A stretch of 64,000 nt of DNA from a virus: IMG/VR virus record IMGVR_UViG_3300032261_000561, one strand, 5' to 3'. Of this stretch, positions 27,578-36,789 are shown piece after piece. The notes under the pieces are model-generated. The model made no database searches, had not been told where the DNA came from, and saw only the letters and a list, made by a program, of their open reading frames with translations. Each line of letters begins with the position of its first letter. The first letter of the stretch is position 1. A program made the position numbers and the translations under genes.

Positions 27578-27683
27578 AGACCACCCCTACCCACAAGCCG
27601 TACGCGGTGACAAGCATGGCCAGCAGCATCGCGATCGCGACGATCACGCCTTCCGGCACCTGGTGGTGCACCCGCCACGACAT
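27567..27683 (-). CDS. 38-aa membrane peptide
   Basis: Not in track; MSWRVHHQ followed by a hydrophobic helix. Confidence 0.45.
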   Translation of the reverse strand: MSWRVHHQVPEGVIVAIAMLLAMLVTAYGLWVGVVYGW

Positions 27684-27725
27684 CTCGCTTCCTCTCTCAC
27701 CTTTAAACGCGGGAGAGGCCGCGAA

Positions 27726-28448
27726 TCAGATGGTGTCGCGCACCTCATACCACTCGCCCTGCTCGTCCACGCGGACCAGCTTGGGCTCGTCGAGGATGGC
27801 CGCCGTCGGCTCCCACTTGGACCGGGAACCGAACTTCCAGGCCACCCGCGCCCTGTCCCGGGGCTGGCCGTCGAAGCGGGAGGCGATCAACGAGACGTTG
27901 TCGCGGTGGTTGACGATGCTGGGTCGGGTGTAGGCCACCATCAGGCCCTGCTCCCGGCACACCGTGGACACCGCGCGATCGGCGCACATCACCTTGGCGT
28001 TGCGTTCCACCCGGTCGGCCAGCCAGGGTGCCAGCTTGGTCTTGACCGCGTAGCCGACCATGGACAGCATCTCGGGCGCCAGCAGGAAGTGCGGATCGGC
28101 GCCGATCGGGTTCACCGACCGCTGCAGGACGGACTGCCAGTGAGTGGGATTGCCGGTACCCAGATAGAGACTGACGATCTGGGTGGGCGCCACCTTCAGG
28201 ATGGCATCCAGCTGGTGACGAAAGTGGTGCACCGGCAGCGCGTCGTCTTCGAGCACCACCGCCCAGCCGTCATCGGTCCCGCGCGGGTTGATCCGCGCGA
28301 TCTCATGCAATGCCTTGGCATGGTTGCGTTCACAGCCCATGCCAAGGCTGTCCCAGACGATCTCGTCACCCACCTGGGAGGCCAGCTGCTCGGCCATCGT
28401 CGCCCGGTGGGGATGGGCGACGATGAACACCTCAGTGCGCTTGGACAA
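27726..28448 (-). CDS. Glycosyltransferase (GT25-like)
   Basis: NH, VVLEDDA, VSLYLG, PSIVNH motifs. Confidence 0.8.
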   Translation of the reverse strand: MSKRTEVFIVAHPHRATMAEQLASQVGDEIVWDSLGMGCERNHAKALHEIARINPRGTDDGWAVVLEDDALPVHHFRHQLDAILKVAPTQIVSLYLGTGNPTHWQSVLQRSVNPIGADPHFLLAPEMLSMVGYAVKTKLAPWLADRVERNAKVMCADRAVSTVCREQGLMVAYTRPSIVNHRDNVSLIASRFDGQPRDRARVAWKFGSRSKWEPTAAILDEPKLVRVDEQGEWYEVRDTI

Positions 28449-28586
28449 GATCCTCGATCAATCGCATGTGGTGGCCAGCCTCGGGGTGGTCGGCGTCGTC
28501 GAAGAACCAGAACCGGCCCCTCCCGGCGAACTCCTCGTGATCGGGCAGCTCGTGCTTGCCGCCACCGGATTGCAGCAGTGAAATCC

Positions 28587-30101
28587 TCACTCTTCCTCGT
28601 CCTCCTGGTCGTCGGTCTCATCGTCATTTACCGGGTAACCATCGGCTTCCCGGTCCCACATGCCGTTGACGAACGTCAGCCCGCCATCGACATAACGCTT
28701 GGAGTACTGCAGCCGCCGTGTCTGGGTCATGTAATCCCAGGCCGAATGGTACAGCGGCTCGGGCAGCTCCCCGTCCAATTCGGGCTCCGGCGTGTCAGGG
28801 CGCTCGGGCAGGTCCAGCTCGGCCAGGTCGGCCCGCTCGGTGGCCTCGGAGGCTAGCCGGGGCAGCTCCTCGCGGATCTCGCCCAACCGCTGCTGCAGGT
28901 CGCTGAAGTCGCGTCCGCCCAGGTGCTCGTCGATCGCCCGCTGGGCCTCGGCCAGCCATGCCTGCTCGGCCTCACGCACCCGGTCGTCCAGCGTCTCGTC
29001 GAAGTAGGGCTGGACCGCGTCGGCCACCAGCTGGGGCAACACATCGGGCGCCAGTGCCAACAGCGCATCTATCTCGGTCTGCTCCACCCCGTAGCGCACC
29101 GACCAGTTCTCCCGGCGCCGGTCCTCCTGGGTGACCGGGGACTGCGGCAACATCTGCTCGTTGCCGTCGGCATCGGTGTAGCGGATCTCCTCCGACACCT
29201 GCCTGGGAGTCAGCGCCGCCCGGTCGACGATCAGCTCCAACTCACCGAAGCCGTCCAGGTCGTCGATCCACTCCCTGTCCTCCCAATGCTGCAGGGCCTG
29301 CAGCTTGCGGGTCACGCTGATGCACATCTGGTGCCCGCTCGGGTCACAGTCCGCGAAATACAGAATCACACAAGGCCTGCCGTCCTGCACCGCGTTGGCC
29401 GCGATGCGGAACACGTAGTAGTCGCTGATCTCGCCGGTGGGCAGATACAGATCGGCACGGTAGCGCTCGGCCAGCGGCGCCAGCGTCGCGTACAGGCTGG
29501 ACTTCTCCCCGATGAACACCAGGTGATAGGGCTGCCGGGCCACCAGCAGACCCTCCTGCCCGTCATCGCGCTCGGGCGTCTGCTGGGAGTGCAGAGTGGG
29601 CAGCACGTCGTTGGGCAGCTGGAACTCGTCGTTCACCTCGGCCCACAGCCCGCCCGGGAACGGCTCCTCGTACAGCCGCTCCTCGGGCGCATCGTTGCGC
29701 TCGTCGGTGATCTCGTCGAACGGGATCAGACCCAACCAGCGCGCCGACTTGATGGCGTTCTCGCCCAGCCACACCCAGTCACTGTGCAAATTGTTGATGC
29801 CCAGCGCGTCATCGACCAACCCATAGCGCAACCCATCCGGCTTGATCACCTGCCTCGACAGGAACACGTAGTGCAGGCCGCGTGGATGGATCCGGCTCCG
29901 TCCCATCACCGCGCGCTTGGTGTCGGCCAACCATTGGCCGTCCCGCCAGGCCGCCGGTCGATCGAACCAGAACGGGTCCTTGCCATCGGACAGCACCAGC
30001 CATTTCTTCGGGCTGGCCATCCGCCGCCAGCCGACCTCCTTGGCGGCCCCGACGATGTCCTGAATCAGCTTCGCCAACGGGTGGCTCAGTTCTCGTGCCA
30101 T
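28587..30101 (-). CDS. TOPRIM (Topo VI-A/JetD-like) domain protein
   Basis: RGLHY, ARWLGLIPF, IGEK, FADCDPSG, EIDAL; AAGGAGAGACACAC-ATG start. Confidence 0.75.
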   Translation of the reverse strand: MARELSHPLAKLIQDIVGAAKEVGWRRMASPKKWLVLSDGKDPFWFDRPAAWRDGQWLADTKRAVMGRSRIHPRGLHYVFLSRQVIKPDGLRYGLVDDALGINNLHSDWVWLGENAIKSARWLGLIPFDEITDERNDAPEERLYEEPFPGGLWAEVNDEFQLPNDVLPTLHSQQTPERDDGQEGLLVARQPYHLVFIGEKSSLYATLAPLAERYRADLYLPTGEISDYYVFRIAANAVQDGRPCVILYFADCDPSGHQMCISVTRKLQALQHWEDREWIDDLDGFGELELIVDRAALTPRQVSEEIRYTDADGNEQMLPQSPVTQEDRRRENWSVRYGVEQTEIDALLALAPDVLPQLVADAVQPYFDETLDDRVREAEQAWLAEAQRAIDEHLGGRDFSDLQQRLGEIREELPRLASEATERADLAELDLPERPDTPEPELDGELPEPLYHSAWDYMTQTRRLQYSKRYVDGGLTFVNGMWDREADGYPVNDDETDDQEDEEE

Positions 30102-30135
30102 GTGTGTCTCTCCTTGATCTCGGGCCCCGACGGGC

Positions 30136-30435
30136 CTAGACCATCGGTGGTTGATGGTCATTGAGTCGATGGCACCGGGCGCATCGAGGTACATATCGGT
30201 CGAGGTCCAAGCTGAAGGTATAACCCGTTCTGGGGTCAGACTTCGCTTCCGGGTCGGTCCCGTTGTATGACCATTCTTTCGCGGGAGCGGCACAGTCAAC
30301 GCATGTATGTTCCGACGCCTTGCCCCGCCTCCGAACCAATCTCCGATGGAGGCCGTGGTAACTGACCGCATCACCGACCCAGTTTTGGTTCTCGGTTCCC
30401 CACTTCGGGGGAAGCTTGTGCCGATAGTTGGTCAG
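30136..30435 (-). CDS. Small HNH-like endonuclease, probable CTG start
   Basis: YHGLHRR, CVDC, WSY, PRCARCH; AGGAG 7 nt before CTG. Confidence 0.6.
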   Translation of the reverse strand: MTNYRHKLPPKWGTENQNWVGDAVSYHGLHRRLVRRRGKASEHTCVDCAAPAKEWSYNGTDPEAKSDPRTGYTFSLDLDRYVPRCARCHRLNDHQPPMV

Positions 30436-30479
30436 CGTTCGTCTCCTGTTTGACGCCCCGGCGACATGGTTTCAGTGCC

Positions 30480-30860
30480 TCACGCGTAGCCACCGCCGTA
30501 GCCGCCGCTGGCGCCGCCCTGGTAGTAGGCCGGGCAGAAGTGCCATTCGGCACCCATCACTATCGCCATCGCCTGATGGTGCGACGCGATCGGCGGGGGC
30601 GGGGCCTCCATGTAGGCGATCGCCGCGCTCTCGCTGATCCCCTCGGACCGCCTCTCGCAGATGGTGCCCGCCAGACGCTGGGCGCTGTAGGCGGGCGCGG
30701 GCAGCCCCGCGATCGCCAGCTCGGCCGCGTACGCGGAGGCATCCCGATCCCCTTCAGAGCTGGCGTGCGCCAGCCCCGCGAACAGTACGCAGGCCGCCAT
30801 CAACAGCATCGCCGCCGCCGCGACGACACCGCCGATCACCAATTTTCGATTTCCGCTCAT
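30480..30860 (-). CDS. DUF732-like secreted protein
   Basis: Signal peptide; two Cys (TIC, HFCP). Confidence 0.7.
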   Translation of the reverse strand: MSGNRKLVIGGVVAAAAMLLMAACVLFAGLAHASSEGDRDASAYAAELAIAGLPAPAYSAQRLAGTICERRSEGISESAAIAYMEAPPPPIASHHQAMAIVMGAEWHFCPAYYQGGASGGYGGGYA

Positions 30861-30912
30861 GTGTGTGTGTCTCCTCATAGATGATCCAAACCAGAATGTC
30901 CGGATACACCTC

Positions 30913-30943
30913 CATTATAGCAAGATTAGAGATAAGTTAGAGG
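30913..30943 (-). promoter_or_regulatory. SigA-like -10 with 11-bp direct repeats
   Basis: TATAAT (minus) next to AAGATTAGAGA TAAGTTAGAGG (plus). Confidence 0.6.
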
Positions 30944-31182
30944 AACCAGCAGCTGTGTTTCATGGGATCGGTAGCCATCGGGTGGGGATAGGAAAAGGGG
31001 TATGGCACAGGCGATTGGGTGGGGAACCGCAGACGATGCCGACCAGGGCACGCTGTGCGAGATTGCGTTGAACAAACTGCGCCGCTACGGCGCCGGGCAT
31101 GTCGTACTGGCGCCATTGGAGGCGGCGGCGCTGCTGGCGCTGATCGAGGCCTGGGACTGGGAGCGGACGTAAGATGCACGAA

Positions 31183-31209
31183 GGCGGGCCTCCACTGGTG
31201 AGGCCCGCC
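31183..31209 (-). terminator. 10-bp hairpin downstream of the 31238 gene
   Basis: GGCGGGCCTC-7 nt-GAGGCCCGCC. Confidence 0.45.
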
Positions 31210-31237
31210 CTCGGCTTGATGAGGTGCTGCGCTGAGG

Positions 31238-31879
31238 CTATTCCAGTTCTCGCCCAGGATCCTCCCAAGATTCCACATCGATGACCGACGGGTCATCAGG
31301 CGGCGGCGCATGCAGGGTTTTGACATCGGCCACCGCCGCTTCGACGCTGTCCAGCTCTTTGAGAATGGGCTCGGAATGATCCCGGTAGAACTGATCGCGG
31401 GTCAGGAACTCCCCGATCATCCGCACGTTCTGCGCGGCCAGATTCAGCTGCTCCTGGGCCTTGAGGACCGACGAATAGGGATCCAGGGCCCGTTCCCGAG
31501 CCGACCGCTCGGTCCGCAGGAAGTTGCCCCGGGTCTTCAGCTCCTTGTCCATGACGCCCATCCGCCGGGCAGCGCGGGACTTGGCGTCGGCATCCATCCG
31601 CGCCTGCAGGCCCTTCCACACCTCGGGATTCTGGACCAGCTTCCACGCTTCGTTGATCAGATCCTCGGTGGTGCGGCCCCGAAGAGTCTTCACGGTGGCT
31701 CGGGCCTTGTCGATGGCTTCCCGGGTGCAGCCGAACCGGCGCATTGGCTCCTCGCGGCCCACCGGCTTGCCTGCCTCTATCCGCTCGCGGACGTAGGCCA
31801 GCAACGCCGGGTCATGGACGAAGGGGGTGACAGTGACAGGAGGGCGCGGTTTCCCGCGCCCTCCCTTCGCCGTGGCCAT
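31238..31879 (-). CDS. Hypothetical helical protein, possible N-terminal HTH
   Basis: Coupled to upstream gene; MRRFGCTREAIDKA. Confidence 0.7.
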   Translation of the reverse strand: MATAKGGRGKPRPPVTVTPFVHDPALLAYVRERIEAGKPVGREEPMRRFGCTREAIDKARATVKTLRGRTTEDLINEAWKLVQNPEVWKGLQARMDADAKSRAARRMGVMDKELKTRGNFLRTERSARERALDPYSSVLKAQEQLNLAAQNVRMIGEFLTRDQFYRDHSEPILKELDSVEAAVADVKTLHAPPPDDPSVIDVESWEDPGRELE

Positions 31880-32694
31880 TAGCCGTTGCCCTCGATCGCC
31901 GTCTGTGACGCCTTGGCAGGCACCGCCAACGGGATCTCCTTCTTGGCCTCGCCCAGGAACTTGGCCGCCTGCGCGGTCAGCTCCGGCAGGATCGCCTTCT
32001 GGCGGCGAACCACCATGTCCAGCTTGGCCTGGTAGCGCTTGGCCGCCTTGACGTACGCCGTCCCGGCCGGGCCGGTGTAGTACTTCAGGATGAGCCCGTG
32101 ATTGGCGCTGGCGAAACGCACCCGCACCAAACGGGACTCGGTACGACGCACCACCGGGTTGAAGAACGGCCGCATGGTGCTCGCCTCGCACAACACCAGC
32201 TGCTTCTCTTCCAGACCGCGCTGCACGTAGCCGGTGGTCGACCCCGAGGTGTAGCCCCACAGGTCCTGCGCCAGGATCCCCGCAGCGGCCTGCTCGTTGA
32301 CGTTGCGACTATCGACCTTCGGCCCGCCGGGCACCATCTCGCCGTAGAACTCGGCCATGCTGAACGCCAGCTTGGTCTCGATCTCCTGCTCGGTGTCCAG
32401 AACGTGGCTATCGATCACCGCGTTGAACACCGCCTCCTTGACCGCCTGGTCGTAAGGCTGCAGAACACCAGCGATGCGCGTGCACCAGCCCTGATCGATC
32501 AGGATCTGGTCGCAGATGCGCTTGACTTCTTCGGGATCGGCCCCCAGCTCTTCCGCTGTGGGCTGGACGAACTCCGGATTTGGAGTAACCAAAATAATCC
32601 CCTCCTCAGGGATAGCCCCGCTCGGGGAACCCGTACTGTGGACGGACCCGGCGTGGGATTCCACCTGTCTACCAGGCGCCGTCGGCGGCGTCAA
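31879..32694 (-). CDS. Hypothetical protein (start uncertain)
   Basis: Long ORF with high-GC3 codon bias. Confidence 0.75.
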   Translation of the reverse strand: MTPPTAPGRQVESHAGSVHSTGSPSGAIPEEGIILVTPNPEFVQPTAEELGADPEEVKRICDQILIDQGWCTRIAGVLQPYDQAVKEAVFNAVIDSHVLDTEQEIETKLAFSMAEFYGEMVPGGPKVDSRNVNEQAAAGILAQDLWGYTSGSTTGYVQRGLEEKQLVLCEASTMRPFFNPVVRRTESRLVRVRFASANHGLILKYYTGPAGTAYVKAAKRYQAKLDMVVRRQKAILPELTAQAAKFLGEAKKEIPLAVPAKASQTAIEGNG

Positions 32695-33274
32695 CCTATT
32701 GGGTAATTACCCCTCAGGTGTTCACCAGCTGTTCGATCCGGCCGACCTGGGCGTCCAGCCGGTTGGAAAGGGAAAGCAGCGCGGTTTCCTTGTCGTGGTG
32801 CCCGGTGTACGCCAGCTGCCTGCACTCCCGAGCCAGGCCACGCAGATCAGTGATCAGTGAGCTGTCGAAGTTGGGCACGGTGAACGTCCTTCCGGTTACC
32901 GGGGTTAAGGAAACTTCAGTCCTATCACGACCGCCGGAAGAGCCGCCTGCGCAGCCGGGTGAACATCTTCTCGAACCACCGCAGGCGCCAGCGCAGCCGC
33001 CACCACCGGGTGTTGTAGTAGGGGTTGAGCATCCATGGCGGCACGTCGTAGACCAAGGCGATCTGGTAGGTGGGCAGCCGGGAGGATTCGTCATGCTCGG
33101 CCAGGATCGGCTCGGTTTTAAACCGCATGCCATAGGGCTTGAGGATCTCGTTCATCCGCGCCTCCACCCACTCCGCGCCCGCGCTATTCAAGCTCGTAGC
33201 CTCCGATCCCGTAGACGCGCCCAAAACGACTCGATCCCCAGCATAAACGCCGGGGACCGAATCAGGGGATGTGA

Positions 33275-33571
33275 TCAACGTTGCCAGGTGCCCTGGCGGC
33301 AGTGGACGATGTCCTCGGGCGGGGTGTAGGCCACGTCGCCGGGCCGGTCGCACGGTTGGCCTGGCTTCACCGTCAACAGACCACCATTAGCGCCGCGAGC
33401 CATCCACATACCGGATTGACCCGAACAGACCAGCGTTCCGTCCGACGAGACGATTCCACCCGGCGAGCATTGCCCGCCCGGCTGCTCACCGGAAGCGAAC
33501 ACCGGGGACGCGGTGACACCGGCCACCCCGAGTAGCAGCGTGGCAATACCTATCGTTCTACGGACAATCAT
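33275..33571 (-). CDS. Secreted Cys-containing protein
   Basis: Signal peptide; two PGxxC repeats. Confidence 0.7.
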   Translation of the reverse strand: MIVRRTIGIATLLLGVAGVTASPVFASGEQPGGQCSPGGIVSSDGTLVCSGQSGMWMARGANGGLLTVKPGQPCDRPGDVAYTPPEDIVHCRQGTWQR

Positions 33572-33580
33572 GATGTTTCC

Positions 33581-33928
33581 TTATCTAGTGATTTCGATAC
33601 GGGCACTGGACGGGCTTTCGCAGTAACTGAGAACACCGGTCTCGCCGTAGACCCCGGCGGGATTGCCGACACAGTCCCAGCCGTCGACCGTGGAGGCATT
33701 ACGTGCAGTCTGGGTTCCCTTGCCCGCATTCCAGTCGTTCATGATCGTGCGGGCCTGCTGACAGCTCACTTCACCGCGAACATTCAGGATGAAGGTGCCC
33801 GGGTTGCCCTGAGCGAGCCGTGGAGGGAGTGAGTAGACACCGCAGGTCTGCGCCTGCGCCTGCGGCGCGAGGGCGATACCCGCTCCACACAGGAGCGGGA
33901 TCGCAGCGCCGATAATGGCTTTCCTCAT
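33581..33928 (-). CDS. Secreted protein
   Basis: Signal peptide ending AQA; VSC and GWDC. Confidence 0.7.
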   Translation of the reverse strand: MRKAIIGAAIPLLCGAGIALAPQAQAQTCGVYSLPPRLAQGNPGTFILNVRGEVSCQQARTIMNDWNAGKGTQTARNASTVDGWDCVGNPAGVYGETGVLSYCESPSSARIEITR

Positions 33929-34269
33929 CACCACCTCCCCGAGCGCAATTCGTCCGTGTCTGGGTAATACTCGGCCCAGTAGCCGCGTGGCTTCACGTTG
34001 GGCTGGCCGAGCGGGAACTCGCGGTTGATTCCCTGCAACAACCGGTCGCACTGGTGAAGATCCGCGATGCCGGGGCAGCGTCCGTAATACGCGAAGTCCT
34101 CGCCGCCCGTATTGTTCTTCGTGCGCTGTACCTCGTTGGAACCGACCTTGATCCACGAATGCGGTTTGCCGTGAGGGTCCCAGCCACCCTGCGCCGCGTT
34201 GGCGGGAGCCGCCAACGCGATACCCGCCGCCGCTATTGCTGGTCCGATCACCAGCGCCAGCCGCTTCAC
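33928..34269 (-). CDS. Secreted protein
   Basis: Signal peptide ending ANA; two Cys. Confidence 0.65.
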   Translation of the reverse strand: MKRLALVIGPAIAAAGIALAAPANAAQGGWDPHGKPHSWIKVGSNEVQRTKNNTGGEDFAYYGRCPGIADLHQCDRLLQGINREFPLGQPNVKPRGYWAEYYPDTDELRSGRW

Positions 34270-34523
34270 GCGCCCACCCGGTTGCACTGCCAGCCACCGA
34301 AGCCCAGCACGCGCACGTTGACGCAGTGGTCGTAGCTGCCGTCGGCGGCGTAGTGGCAGTCCACGAAGCCCCCGCCGCCGGGCCAGCCGCCACCACCACC
34401 GCCTTGGGCGTCGTCGGCGTTGACACAGCTCGCGTGTGCGGTGCCCGGGCTGGCCAGCACGACACCGCCCACGGCCAGTCCCACGGCGGCGATTCCGGTC
34501 GCCACCACCCGTTTCAGCATCAT
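34266..34523 (-). CDS. CDGP-like secreted mycobacterial protein
   Basis: Signal peptide; GGF.DC..ADGSYDHC. Confidence 0.65.
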   Translation of the reverse strand: MMLKRVVATGIAAVGLAVGGVVLASPGTAHASCVNADDAQGGGGGGWPGGGGFVDCHYAADGSYDHCVNVRVLGFGGWQCNRVGA

Positions 34524-34626
34524 AAGAGATCTCCTTACAGATATGTAACAAAGTGCATGTGATGAAGACCATACCCTAAAGTACACACCATGGTGGAGAT
34601 TACTTTATAGGTATATCTTAAGAGGT

Positions 34627-34803
34627 ATGAAGCGCTATCTGAGCATCACCCAGATAGCAGAGAAGAGCGGCCTGGCCCGCAACACGGTCAAGGTCTACAG
34701 CCAGATACCCGGGCGGCTACCGCCGCCCGACGCCATGATCGGACGCATCAAGGGTTGGCTGCCCGAGACCATCGACCGTTGGATAACGGGACGCAAAGAT
34801 TAG
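34627..34803 (+). CDS. Small HTH DNA-binding protein (AlpA/Xis-like)
   Basis: Not in track; MKRYLSITQIAEKSGLARNTVKVY...LPPPDA..G..KGWLPETIDRW. Confidence 0.85.
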   Translation: MKRYLSITQIAEKSGLARNTVKVYSQIPGRLPPPDAMIGRIKGWLPETIDRWITGRKD

Positions 34804-35054
34804 CCATCACCCCCCTTGGTCTTCACACCGGGCCCCTTGAATATCGGGTTGACGGGATATCTCATGGGCGGCAGGCCGGTCTCGGCATAACCGGACCAGC
34901 GGAAGCCGCCTTTCAGCTCGATCAGGATCTGGTTGAGTTCCCCGTTGCCGGGCTGGTGGATTTCCAGCCGCTCCACCCACTGCTGGCTTTTGCGGATCAG
35001 GCCCGCGCGGTCCAGCGCGGCGTCAACCCACATCCACAGTCTGCGGCGCGTCAT
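34800..35054 (-). CDS. Hypothetical protein
   Basis: ORF track. Confidence 0.55.
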   Translation of the reverse strand: MTRRRLWMWVDAALDRAGLIRKSQQWVERLEIHQPGNGELNQILIELKGGFRWSGYAETGLPPMRYPVNPIFKGPGVKTKGGDG

Positions 35055-35256
35055 GAGGCTGCTCCGATCCTTTCCAGGCCGCGTCCACCAGTTTCTGCCA
35101 CATCTGCACGCTGGCCGCGCTCTTCCCGCTGAGCACCATCGTCACATGCTTCGTCGTCACCCCCGCGTCGTCGGCCAGCTGGCGCTGGGTGCGCCCATTC
35201 TTTTTCAGGCCTTGGCGAACGTAGTCCGCGAGGTCGCGCTGGATGTTGGTCGGCAT
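35023..35256 (-). CDS. XRE/Cro-like HTH regulator
   Basis: TQRQLADDAGVTTKHVTMVLSGK. Confidence 0.85.
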   Translation of the reverse strand: MPTNIQRDLADYVRQGLKKNGRTQRQLADDAGVTTKHVTMVLSGKSAASVQMWQKLVDAAWKGSEQPHDAPQTVDVG

Positions 35257-35264
35257 CCCGCCAG

Positions 35265-35281
35265 TTTACCATTCAGGTTAA
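35265..35281. promoter_or_regulatory. Palindromic operator overlapping promoter of XRE gene
   Basis: Minus strand TTAACC-TGAAT-GGTAAA-CT, then GGCGGG-ATG. Confidence 0.6.
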
Positions 35282-35673
35282 GCCGGAGGGGCCTCTACCA
35301 CCTGCAGCGGGGACTGCGGGACCGGCGGCTGACCGTTCTGCTGGCCGAACTGCTCGGTGATCTGCCGGACCATCTCGTTCTGACGGTTCTGTTCGGCGGC
35401 CGCCGCCGCGTCGGCCTGCTGCTGCTGCTTGATCCACACCATCGCCAGCTGTGCCAGCGCCTCGGTGGCCGGATCCCCGATCTCCTGGGCGTAGGACCAG
35501 ATCACCGTGGCCGGGAAATCCGTCTCGTCGTCGAAGGTGACCTCGTGGTCACGGGGCTGGCCCATCTCCGTCCAGCCAAGCTCGCCGCGCTCGCAGGTAC
35601 GCCCGCTCTTGGTCTTGATGATCACCGACACCGGGGCCGCGCGCAGATGGTCGATGCAGGCAACTTCCTTCAT
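35278..35673 (-). CDS. Hypothetical protein
   Basis: AAGGAG SD; Q-rich tail. Confidence 0.7.
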   Translation of the reverse strand: MKEVACIDHLRAAPVSVIIKTKSGRTCERGELGWTEMGQPRDHEVTFDDETDFPATVIWSYAQEIGDPATEALAQLAMVWIKQQQQADAAAAAEQNRQNEMVRQITEQFGQQNGQPPVPQSPLQVVEAPPA

Positions 35674-35899
35674 GGGTTCTCCTTCTACAGGTCGAGTTCT
35701 TCCACCAGTCGATTAACCTCCTCCACCCACATCTGGTCGACCGCCTCCTGGGCCTCGGCGAACGCCTCCTGGGCGATGTGGATCCCCGCGCACGCGGCGT
35801 CGGCGCGATTGCGCCGCTCGAAGTAATCCTCCCGCTCGCGCACCCGGCGGGTCACCTCGGCCTGCTGCTCGCCGGTCAGGCCGATCATGCGTGGGAATC

Positions 35900-36196
35900 T
35901 CATCCGCTCAACAGCTTCCCACGGCTCGGGGTGCACTCGCACAGCGCCTCCCACAACTCGGGATTGCGCTGCAGGAAGGCGGCGCTCTCCTCGCTGATCC
36001 GACGGGCCTCGGTCAAATCGACACCGAAGACGTCGGTGAAAGTCTCGCGGAACTGCTGCACGGCACGAATCAGCTCACCCGTCGGGGCCAGCGCGGCGGT
36101 GATCGCGCTCACCATCGTCCGGATGCGCTCGGCGGGGTGGGACTCGGGCTCGAAGTCCAGCTCGTCGAGGTCGAAACGCTCGGATGCGATCGTCAT
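35900..36196 (-). CDS. Hypothetical protein (RFDLDELDF N-terminus)
   Basis: Coupled ORF. Confidence 0.65.
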   Translation of the reverse strand: MTIASERFDLDELDFEPESHPAERIRTMVSAITAALAPTGELIRAVQQFRETFTDVFGVDLTEARRISEESAAFLQRNPELWEALCECTPSRGKLLSG

Positions 36197-36383
36197 GATG
36201 TCTCCGTCTTCTTGGGGGTGTTCTTATCATCGTCGTCCAGCTGGTCGTCCAGCTGGCCTCGCAGCCAGACCACCTCGTCCTGTAGCCGGTCGCGTTCCTT
36301 GTTGTCCCCCGACTCGTCGGGGGTGGCACGGGAAAACGCCGTGGTGAACAGCATGGTGACGATGGTGGCGACCGCCGAGGACC

Positions 36384-36710
36384 CTATCGCACTGAGGAAT
36401 GACGCCAGGGTATCCATCCATGCCTCTTCACCTCGTCGCGGGTGAACCGCCCGTCCCATTTGACGTCGTCGAACGTCCAGCTGAACCAACAGTTGCGGCC
36501 GTACTGGTCCAGGAAGATCAACCCGAAGACGAGAGCAATCATCCCGAGGCCGACGCTGATCCAGTCCCAGACGGTGTTGTTGTCAACCTTCCACAGGTCA
36601 TAGACCGGCTGGGTGCGCCCGACCAGATAACCCGACCACCACAGGCACGCGACGGCCGACCAGCGTCCCCGCACCATCGGTCCCCCGGCCAAGAACTCGT
36701 CGCGGCGCAC
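36384..36710 (-). CDS. Membrane protein
   Basis: TM helices; GGAGG SD. Confidence 0.6.
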   Translation of the reverse strand: MRRDEFLAGGPMVRGRWSAVACLWWSGYLVGRTQPVYDLWKVDNNTVWDWISVGLGMIALVFGLIFLDQYGRNCWFSWTFDDVKWDGRFTRDEVKRHGWIPWRHSSVR

Positions 36711-36789
36711 CGGGCGTCCTCCCTCTACAGTGCCACTTTCACCTTATTCCTATCCACGCCGGGCACTTCACACCTTCCACCTACGGTCC

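Noticed and set aside
28587-30374. 595-aa version of the TOPRIM ORF
   Set aside because: Extension overlaps the HNH gene; a strong start signal precedes ATG 30101
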